Shown: in pieces, positions 49,305 to 56,337 of the stretch
Layout: each line of letters starts with the position of its first letter
How positions within the stretch are numbered: the stretch's first letter is position 1
From: an uncultured bacterium
GTDB lineage: Bacteria; UBA8481
DNA length: 56,337 bases
Assembly: GCA_964499705.1 (NCBI GenBank)
Contig: CAZCME010000012.1
Coordinates: 62,001 to 118,337, forward strand
Reading direction: 5' to 3'
Notes under the pieces: model-generated
What the model saw: the letters and a program-made list of their open reading frames with translations, nothing else
What the model was told of the DNA's origin: nothing
The model's database searches: none
Translations under genes and position numbers: made by a program

Positions 49305-52300
49305 TCAGCGGATAATCGCCAGCTTGTCGGTGAAGCGCCGGTTGCCGGTGGAGTTGCCGATGTCGATGATATAGATGTACGCGCCCGTCCCGATCGCGAT
49401 GCCGCGATCGTTCTTGCAATCCCAGGCATACTCCGTCGGGAACGTGTTCAGGTCGACGTAACGATCGAGCACGCGCCGGCCGGAGAGATCGAATACGCGC
49501 AGGCGGAGCTGACCGCCGGCGGGCACATTGTATTTGAACCGGACATTTCCATCAGCGGCCGGGCCCGGATTCGGATAAGCAAACGTCTGGTTCTGATCGA
49601 GCTGTTGGCCGAGGAGCGTCCGGACGGCCGCTTCCGTTCCCACGACGATCCGGAACGAACGCGCGGTAGCGCCCGACGACGCATACGAATAGTTCGGCGA
49701 CGCCTTCACGTCGGTGATCTCGTTCGACCCGAGGTCGACGAGCCGCACGACGAAATCCGCGGGAAGATTCGAGAGCTCACCGAACTGGAGACCGACCGTC
49801 GTGTCCGAAGCGGAGGGTGTTACCGAGAAGAGCCAGACATTGGCGCTCGCGAACGGCGCGCGGAGATCCTGAGCGAAGGCGGCGCCTGAACCAAGTCCCG
49901 ACGCGAGTCCGTTTCCTAGCGGTGGAGGATTCCCGATGTCGAGCGCGAAGTCCGAGTTCTCCGTTGCGGTCGGCGAGACTCCAAGATAGTTGACCGTCGT
50001 CGCGCCGGAGGACGCGCTCGAAGTCACCTTGATCCTCCAGTCGGTCACGTCGCCCGCCGCTTGCGCGGACGCGAGCGTCGAGGTCGTCGACTCGGAGTAG
50101 TAGAAGCTCGGCGAGAGGCGAAGCGTCGCGTTCGCGGCGGCGTAGATCCAGAAGCCGTTCCAGGGCGAAAGAATCGGATCGGCGTTCGTGGAGTTCGGGC
50201 CGAACTGGTACGCGTTGTTCTTGTACCAGAAGACCTTGTTCACGATGACGCCCTGCGCTTCCGCTTCCGCGAGTGAGAGATTTGCTCCGCCAGTCGTGAT
50301 GATCCGCGCGGCGTTGTATTGCGTCAGATACGCGAAGGGCGATCCGAGCTGGTTCCAACCGGTCCTCAGTGCGATATCCGCCGTGTCAGTCTTCAGCGTC
50401 ATGCCCGTGACCGTCAAACGCGGCGACGTCACTTCATACAGGAAATAGCCCTGGCCCTGTTCGAGTGTCGTCGGGATGACGTACTGGAGATTCTTCGCGC
50501 TCGAAGGCGCGACCGGATCCCAGTGGAAGATGTTCGCCGGGCTGATCGAGAGCGCCTGAGCGACATTGCTGCTGGTCGGCGCGCGCAACAAGGCGATCAT
50601 GTTCCATTGATTCGCGATAACATCGAATTCGTTCGTCTGGTAGCAGAGGTAGATCGGCGAGATGCCCGGCACGGAGACCTTCAGGACGTACACGCCCGTC
50701 TTGTCGCCCGCTTTCAGGATCACGGTGCATCGCCCATTCGAGTCCGTGGCGGTGCGGACGAACGTGTCTCCGGTCGCACCCGTCGGCCGCGCCACGATCG
50801 AGACCGCGACGAGATAATTCGGCACGCCGATTCCGTTGGAGTCCCGGACGATGAAGCGCGACGAGTCGCTCGCGAACGTGTTGGGCGAGAGGATGAAGGT
50901 CTGCGAATCGACGAGCGTCAATAGACGCGGTGTATCCGCGTAGATCGTGAAGCTGCGCGAATCGATCACGCCGCTCGCATTACCGAGTCCGTCGGTGCAG
51001 ATGAGATCGGCGCGATACACTCCGATGATTAGGGCGGAATCGACGGTAGCCGATAGACCGGAGGTTTCATAAGTAAGAAGCGTCGATGAATCCGAGAGCG
51101 ATCTTACGGTGATACGATAGCTCGCGACGCCGTTCGAATCCGTCGCGGCTGTCCAGCGGATCGTCGGCAGACGAACGGCGGTGTCGCCGATCGTCAGGAC
51201 CGATCCCGTGGGCGCCAGAGTGTCGAGCCGGACAAGAATCGAGTCGGAGAAAGATGCGCCTCCGACGTGGCGCGTGATCTGGACCGCGACCGTGTTGTTG
51301 TACACGATCACGTTCGCGACGGTGAACGTCCGCGTCTCGTTCACGCCGGTCATGATCTGCGTCTCGATGACGGTGTTGTTCACGATGAGGCGCACCGTGT
51401 CGCCTGCTGTGCCGCTGTCGATCGCGGCGCGGAGCGAGAACGTTGTGACGCGCGTGTCGATCGGCGATGTCGCCTGGATCCGGACGCGCGAGATATCCGG
51501 CAGGATATTGAACGACCGCGAGTCGACGTTTGAGTTCGTGCTCCCGAACGCATCCGTGCACGCGAGATCGGCGCGGTATGATGCCACGGCGAGCGGAATC
51601 GTACAGGCTGCGGATAAGCCTGATGTGTCGAAGGCCATCAGGACGGAAGAATCCGCGAGCGACCGGAGCGTCACGCGATAAGCACTGACACCGTTAGAGT
51701 CCGTCGCGGCCGTCCACCGGAATGTCGGCGTGGAGACGACCGTGTCGGAGATCGAGAGCACCGAGCCGGAAGGCCCGGCGGTGTCGAGCCGGACGAGGAT
51801 CGAATCGGAGAAGGACGCTCCGCCGGTATGCCGCGTGATCTGGACCGCGACCGTGTTGTGGTACACGATCACGTTCGCGACCGTGAACGTCCGCGTCTCG
51901 TTCGTCGCGGCAAGGATTTGCGTCTCGATGACCACGTTATTGACGATGAGGCGAACCGTGTCACCCGCCACACCGCTGTCGATCGCCGCTCGAAGCACGA
52001 ACGATGTCGATCGCGTGTCGACCGGCGAGGTCGCCTGGATCCGGACGCGCGATGTGTCGGGATAGACGTTAAAGGAACGCGAGTCGATATTCGAATTCGT
52101 GTTCCCGAGCGCGTCCGTGCAAGAGAGATCGGCTCTATACAGCGTAACGGCCAGGGGCGTCGTGCAGGTCGCGGAGAGCCCCGAGGTATCGAAGGCCATG
52201 AGGACCGACGAATCCGCAAGCGAACGGAGCGTAACGCGGTACGCCGCGATGGCATTTGAATCCGTCGCCGCGGTCCAGCGGAACGTCGGCGTCGCAACGA

Positions 52301-55300
52301 CCGTGTCGACAATCGAGAGAACCGATCCCGTCGGCGCGACGGTGTCCAACCGGACGAGGATCGTATCGGCATACGAAGAACCGCCGACGGAGCGCGTCAC
52401 CTGGACAGCGACCGTATTGTTGTACACGATCACGTTCGCGACCGTGAACGTCCGCGTCTCGTTCGTTCCCGTCATGATCTGCGTCTCGATCACAGTGTTA
52501 TTGACGATCAGCCGCACCGTGTCGCCCACGACGGCGCTGTCGATCGCCGCAACGAGCGCGAAGGTCGTCACACGCGTATCGACAGGGGACGTCGCCTGAA
52601 TCCGGACCCGCGAAGTATCGGGCAGAATGCTGAACGACCGCGAGTCCACGTTCGAGTTCGTGTTCCCGAACGCATCCGTGCAAGCGAGGTCGGCTCGATA
52701 CAACGCGACCGCGAGCGGCGTCGTGCAGCTCGCGGAGAGCCCGGAAGTGTCGAACGCCATCAGGACCGACGAATCCGCAAGAGACCGCAGCGTCACGCGA
52801 TAAGCGCTGACGCCGTTCGAGTCCGTCGCCGCCGTCCACCGGAACGTCGGAGTGGTCACGATCGTATCCGAGATCGTAAGCACCGAACCCAATGGCCCGG
52901 CGGTATCCAGGCGAACGAGGATCGAATCAGCGAACGAAGCGCCGCCGATATGCCGCGTCACCTGAACGGCGACGGTGTTGTTGTATACGATCACGTTAGC
53001 CACGGTGAACGTACGGGTCTCGTTCACACCGGTCATGATCTGCGTCTCGATGACCGTGTTGTTCACGATGAGTCGGACTGTGTCGCCAGCGACGGCGCTG
53101 TCGATCGCCGCTCGGAGCGCGAACGTCGTGACGCGCGTGTCGATCGGCGACGTAGCCTGGATCCGCACCCGCGACGTGTCAGGCACAATGCTGAACGACC
53201 GTGAATCGACATTCGAATTCGTATTGCCCAACGCATCCGTGCACGAAAGATCAGCGCGGTACAGTCCTATAGCGAGCGGAGTAGTACAAGTGGCAGAGAG
53301 CCCCGACGTGTCGAAGGCCATCAGAACCGACGAATCCGCCAGTGACCGCAGAATCACGCGATACGCGGAGATAGCATTCGAGTCAGTAGCCGCCGTCCAT
53401 CGGAAAGTCGGAGTCGTCACTAGCGTATCCGTGATCGTCAGCACCGATCCGGATGGCACGACCGTGTCGAACCGGATCGATATGGAATCCGTGAATGTAT
53501 CTCCCAATGATTGCCTCGTGATCTGGATAACCGCGGTGTTGAGATTCGTGCCGACATTGATCGTGAATGTCCGCGTCTCCGCCGAATCCGTCATCGCCTG
53601 CGTCTCGATGTTGACGTTGTTGACGAAGAGCCTCACCGAGTCTCCTCTGACCGCGCTGTCGATCGAGATCCGGATCGCAAAGCTATTTGACCTTGTATCG
53701 ATCGGGCTCGTCGTGAGGAACCGGATCCGAGGCGTGTCGACGCCCGTCGTAGTCACCGTTATGTTCCCGCTCACGGCCGAATCCGTCGCGTCCGTTGGGT
53801 CGATATACCGAATGCTGATCGTGTCTCCCGTCAGCGCAAAGAGCCGGCCCGAATTTGAGAGGCTGTCGGCCGCGCTCGCGGAGAGCGAGAGCGAATCGTT
53901 GCCGCCGAAATAACCAGCGTTCGCGCCGTTCTCGCTGATCGTCAATGACTCGGACTCGCCGGTACGATTGTTTGTGATCGTGATGCTTACCGTCTCGACC
54001 CTGATGCCGGAGAAGTTCTGATCCGTATCGCGGATCACGGCGCTGACACTCTCGGCTAGCCTTATGCTCGATGGAAATGTCCCGGCAGAAGCGACGCTGT
54101 CATGGCTCACTGTGATGTTCCCACTCGCAATCGAGTCCGTCGGAATAGAGGGATCAACATAGCGAATCGTGACGGTGTCGCCCGCAAGGACGAATAGCCG
54201 TCCCGAGTTCGTCCCGTTGTCCGCCGTGTTCGACGAGAGCGGAAGAGTGTCGTTGCCGCCGAATCGCGATGAGTTCGCGGATTGTTCGGTCATCTGGAAC
54301 GTCTCAGATTCGCCCGTGCGATTGTTCGTGACTGTCACGGAGACGGTCTCCGTCACACCGGCATTCGCGTTCCGGTCCGTATCCGTGATGATTGCGGAAG
54401 CGCTATCGGATATTCGAAGGGACGCCGGAAACAATCCTGTCGAAACGGTGCCGATTATGAAGTCCGCCGCGGCGGGATTCGTAGGCGGATTCTCAGTATT
54501 CGAACCGAATCTCACCCACCCTGTCGAGTCGCCGCTCGCATCCACGACCCGCACTTGCCAGTGATAGGAAGCCGACGCCAGACTGTCCGCGATGATGTTC
54601 AACGTCTCACCGCCGGCCACTGCCGAGAACGCGCTCTGGAAGAAGATCGCGCTGTCGACTGTGACGTCCACCGGACTCGTGAAGGCCGCACTCACGGTGC
54701 GCAATTCGATCTGAATCCTGCATGTATCGCTCAAATCGTTCGCCTGAACCGCGAAGCGAATCGAGGACGAGTCCGAAATAAAACCGCCCACCGATACAAG
54801 CGTGCTGTCGAGCTTGGTCTGCGCCAAGGACGTCGGCGTGTCGGGTGTGGTCTGAAACAGATATCTTGAAAAGTTGGATGTGTTGCCACCGCGTATGGCA
54901 TACAAAAATAAGCCGGTGCCGGGATATGTCAGACCGCTTCCGTCGCTGAATGCTGACGGTGAGTTCGCAAGTCGTGTCCATGAATCCGTTGTAACGGTGT
55001 AACGAAAGAAATCAGTGCCAGTAAAGCCACGCACACCGTACATGAATCCGTCGGGCCCGAAGATGAGCGAACTCCCGGTAGCCACGGCCACGGGATACGG
55101 CGTCAACGTCGACCATGAATTGGCGCTGATCGAATAACGGTAAAAGGTGGTACTGCTGCCGCCTAAGGCATAGATGAAGTCGCCGGATCCGGGATATGTC
55201 AGCGAAGCGCCGTTCAAAATGGTCGCTGGAGCATTAGCCATCGTGTCCCAGACGTTCCCGCTGATTCGATATCGATAGAAAAATGCAGTGCCATTGCCGC

Positions 55301-55811
55301 GGGTGGCAAAGAGCGTGTCCGCGCCCGCCACGCACATCGCGCTGCCGTCGAAGATGTTTCCAGGAAATTGGGCCATCGTATCCCATTGATTACGACTGAT
55401 CGAATAGGAGTAGAAGGGACGAGTCGTCCCCCCCTTTGTGGCGAAGAGGGAGTCGCCGGAACCGGGGTAAACGAGCGTCGCGCCGTTCGCGATGGCGGTC
55501 GGAGTGGAGTCGACTTGCGACCACGTGTCCGTGCTGATCTGATAACGAAAGACGGTTCGTGTGCCTCCGCCGCGCAACTGAAACAATGTATCGGTTCCGG
55601 CGGCGGCGGTATTTCGTCCCGAATTGGCGCCCCCGATCGTAGCAGGCGGCGCGGCAAGGCTCGACCAGGTGTTCCCGACTGCGGCAGCCGGCGCGGCAAA
55701 CCACGAAACGGACGAAATACACGAAAGAAGAACAAAGGCATAAGATAAAAACCTATGATCGGATTTCTTTCGTGTATTTCGTCTATTTCGTGGTTCGATT
55801 TTCTGATTCAT
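49305..55811 (-). CDS. 2168-aa secreted protein: Kelch-like beta-propeller, Ig/FnIII repeats, C-terminal T9SS type-A/FlgD-Ig-like sorting domain
   Basis: Signal peptide; repeated GG…FYRY.IS.N.W blades; five ~187-aa repeats; GWNQLGSPF domain; C-terminus AYPNP…LRVFDLSGRRV…WDCKNDRG…GAYIYII…KLAIIR. TGATG coupling to the upstream gene. Confidence 0.88.
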   Translation of the reverse strand: MNQKIEPRNRRNTRKKSDHRFLSYAFVLLSCISSVSWFAAPAAAVGNTWSSLAAPPATIGGANSGRNTAAAGTDTLFQLRGGGTRTVFRYQISTDTWSQVDSTPTAIANGATLVYPGSGDSLFATKGGTTRPFYSYSISRNQWDTMAQFPGNIFDGSAMCVAGADTLFATRGNGTAFFYRYRISGNVWDTMANAPATILNGASLTYPGSGDFIYALGGSSTTFYRYSISANSWSTLTPYPVAVATGSSLIFGPDGFMYGVRGFTGTDFFRYTVTTDSWTRLANSPSAFSDGSGLTYPGTGLFLYAIRGGNTSNFSRYLFQTTPDTPTSLAQTKLDSTLVSVGGFISDSSSIRFAVQANDLSDTCRIQIELRTVSAAFTSPVDVTVDSAIFFQSAFSAVAGGETLNIIADSLASASYHWQVRVVDASGDSTGWVRFGSNTENPPTNPAAADFIIGTVSTGLFPASLRISDSASAIITDTDRNANAGVTETVSVTVTNNRTGESETFQMTEQSANSSRFGGNDTLPLSSNTADNGTNSGRLFVLAGDTVTIRYVDPSIPTDSIASGNITVSHDSVASAGTFPSSIRLAESVSAVIRDTDQNFSGIRVETVSITITNNRTGESESLTISENGANAGYFGGNDSLSLSASAADSLSNSGRLFALTGDTISIRYIDPTDATDSAVSGNITVTTTGVDTPRIRFLTTSPIDTRSNSFAIRISIDSAVRGDSVRLFVNNVNIETQAMTDSAETRTFTINVGTNLNTAVIQITRQSLGDTFTDSISIRFDTVVPSGSVLTITDTLVTTPTFRWTAATDSNAISAYRVILRSLADSSVLMAFDTSGLSATCTTPLAIGLYRADLSCTDALGNTNSNVDSRSFSIVPDTSRVRIQATSPIDTRVTTFALRAAIDSAVAGDTVRLIVNNTVIETQIMTGVNETRTFTVANVIVYNNTVAVQVTRHIGGASFADSILVRLDTAGPLGSVLTISDTIVTTPTFRWTAATDSNGVSAYRVTLRSLADSSVLMAFDTSGLSASCTTPLAVALYRADLACTDAFGNTNSNVDSRSFSILPDTSRVRIQATSPVDTRVTTFALVAAIDSAVVGDTVRLIVNNTVIETQIMTGTNETRTFTVANVIVYNNTVAVQVTRSVGGSSYADTILVRLDTVAPTGSVLSIVDTVVATPTFRWTAATDSNAIAAYRVTLRSLADSSVLMAFDTSGLSATCTTPLAVTLYRADLSCTDALGNTNSNIDSRSFNVYPDTSRVRIQATSPVDTRSTSFVLRAAIDSGVAGDTVRLIVNNVVIETQILAATNETRTFTVANVIVYHNTVAVQITRHTGGASFSDSILVRLDTAGPSGSVLSISDTVVSTPTFRWTAATDSNGVSAYRVTLRSLADSSVLMAFDTSGLSAACTIPLAVASYRADLACTDAFGSTNSNVDSRSFNILPDISRVRIQATSPIDTRVTTFSLRAAIDSGTAGDTVRLIVNNTVIETQIMTGVNETRTFTVANVIVYNNTVAVQITRHVGGASFSDSILVRLDTLAPTGSVLTIGDTAVRLPTIRWTAATDSNGVASYRITVRSLSDSSTLLTYETSGLSATVDSALIIGVYRADLICTDGLGNASGVIDSRSFTIYADTPRLLTLVDSQTFILSPNTFASDSSRFIVRDSNGIGVPNYLVAVSIVARPTGATGDTFVRTATDSNGRCTVILKAGDKTGVYVLKVSVPGISPIYLCYQTNEFDVIANQWNMIALLRAPTSSNVAQALSISPANIFHWDPVAPSSAKNLQYVIPTTLEQGQGYFLYEVTSPRLTVTGMTLKTDTADIALRTGWNQLGSPFAYLTQYNAARIITTGGANLSLAEAEAQGVIVNKVFWYKNNAYQFGPNSTNADPILSPWNGFWIYAAANATLRLSPSFYYSESTTSTLASAQAAGDVTDWRIKVTSSASSGATTVNYLGVSPTATENSDFALDIGNPPPLGNGLASGLGSGAAFAQDLRAPFASANVWLFSVTPSASDTTVGLQFGELSNLPADFVVRLVDLGSNEITDVKASPNYSYASSGATARSFRIVVGTEAAVRTLLGQQLDQNQTFAYPNPGPAADGNVRFKYNVPAGGQLRLRVFDLSGRRVLDRYVDLNTFPTEYAWDCKNDRGIAIGTGAYIYIIDIGNSTGNRRFTDKLAIIR
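50940..53740 (-). repeat. Five tandem ~187-aa (561-bp) repeats
   Basis: The RVRIQATSP motif recurs at 53161, 52600, 52039 and 51478 (561-bp spacing), plus a diverged first copy (RIRFLTTSP, ~53725). Confidence 0.92.
55699..55795. repeat. 31-bp inverted repeat (29/31 match, 35-bp spacer) with 9-bp ACGAAA subunits, inside the signal-peptide coding region
   Basis: AACCACGAAACGGACGAAATACACGAAAGAA (55699-55729) versus TTCTTTCGTGTATTTCGTCTATTTCGTGGTT (55765-55795). Confidence 0.88.
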
Positions 55812-56337
55812 CAGAAGATCACCTTCAGCCCGATCGTCGTCGTCAGCCGGTCATGGTCGCTCGCCTTCGCGTCGAACTGGTTGATCTCGTAATCGCTCCG
55901 CAGAGTCAACGTATTCTTGAACGGCCCGTTCTCGCTTGTGTACCCGAGGTCCAGCGTGAACCGGTCCTTCGTCGTGTCCTGCGCCTTCACCGTTCCGCGC
56001 TTCAGGTCCCGGAGATAATCGAATCGCGCCGAGAGCCTTTCGCCTTCGTGCCCGAGCGTCCCGCCGAACGTCGAGAAGCGGTCCTGCTGGTTGCCCTGGT
56101 CCTTGGCGCGATAATTCGCCTTCAGCTCCACCTTCAGCCAGTCCCAGAGCGTCTTCGAGACGGAGTTGTCGACCTTCCACTCTTCCGTCGTCAGAAGCGT
56201 GTTCAGAAGGCGATCCTTCTCGCGCTCGACATCGAAACTCGCGGAGACCGTGTAGATCTCCCAGAGCGTATTCTTCACGCCGGTCGTCACCTTGAAGTTG
56301 TCTCGATTGCTTCCCGGTGTCGTGCCCACGACGACGA
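55811..56337 (-). CDS. Outer-membrane beta-barrel protein, C-terminal part (5' truncated by window)
   Basis: Alternating amphipathic strands (LKVELKANYR, LSARFDYLR, FTLDLGY) and a terminal IGLKVIF with C-terminal Phe (BAM-type signal). Confidence 0.65.
   Translation of the reverse strand, partial: VVVGTTPGSNRDNFKVTTGVKNTLWEIYTVSASFDVEREKDRLLNTLLTTEEWKVDNSVSKTLWDWLKVELKANYRAKDQGNQQDRFSTFGGTLGHEGERLSARFDYLRDLKRGTVKAQDTTKDRFTLDLGYTSENGPFKNTLTLRSDYEINQFDAKASDHDRLTTTIGLKVIF

Noticed and set aside
49303-49419. Track start of the giant ORF at 49419
   Set aside because: Overlaps the upstream gene's C-terminal domain. ATG 49302 follows its stop by 2 nt and gives a signal-peptide-like N-terminus.
50940-53740. 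Near-identical 561-bp repeats as a diversity-generating retroelement TR/VR pair
   Set aside because: No reverse transcriptase in the window, differences are not adenine-specific, and the copies are tandem in-frame domains.

Overview
GC-rich (roughly 60%, estimated by eye) bacterial chromosomal window with three blocks. (1) 1-19.8 kb, phosphate/polyphosphate region: pstSCAB-phoU-phoB-phoR on the minus strand, preceded by four 11-bp-spaced Pho-box-like repeats and a TACTAT -10. It also holds an UgtP/MGDG-type glycolipid synthase, a SulP-STAS-cNMP transporter, an Sfp-type PPTase, an RhlE-like DEAD-box helicase, an SDR, a GT39-like glycosyltransferase and CHAD-sixA-ppk2. PhoR has no membrane domain and is preceded by a perfect 29-bp inverted-repeat element that fills the phoB-phoR gap. 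(2) 19.8-28.4 kb, signalling and matrix genes: a CxxCH (DUF3365-like) hybrid kinase, single REC and HPt proteins, a REC-REC-REC-HPt protein, and a REC-GGDEF-REC diguanylate cyclase-HEAT-GT2 synthase unit. (3) 28.7-56.3 kb, the best candidate for an undescribed system: a tightly coupled minus-strand operon of secreted repeat proteins. In order: partial outer-membrane beta-barrel; 2168-aa Kelch/repeat protein with a T9SS/FlgD-like tail; ~5360-aa protein with ~94 Ca-binding DxDGDG repeats in 24 higher-order units and 18 Ig-like modules; ~938-aa and 557-aa proteins built from shared modules. The signal peptide of the 2168-aa protein is encoded by a ~97-bp palindrome. No rRNA, tRNA, CRISPR array or transposase was seen. 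All family assignments are by motif recognition; no database searches were run.
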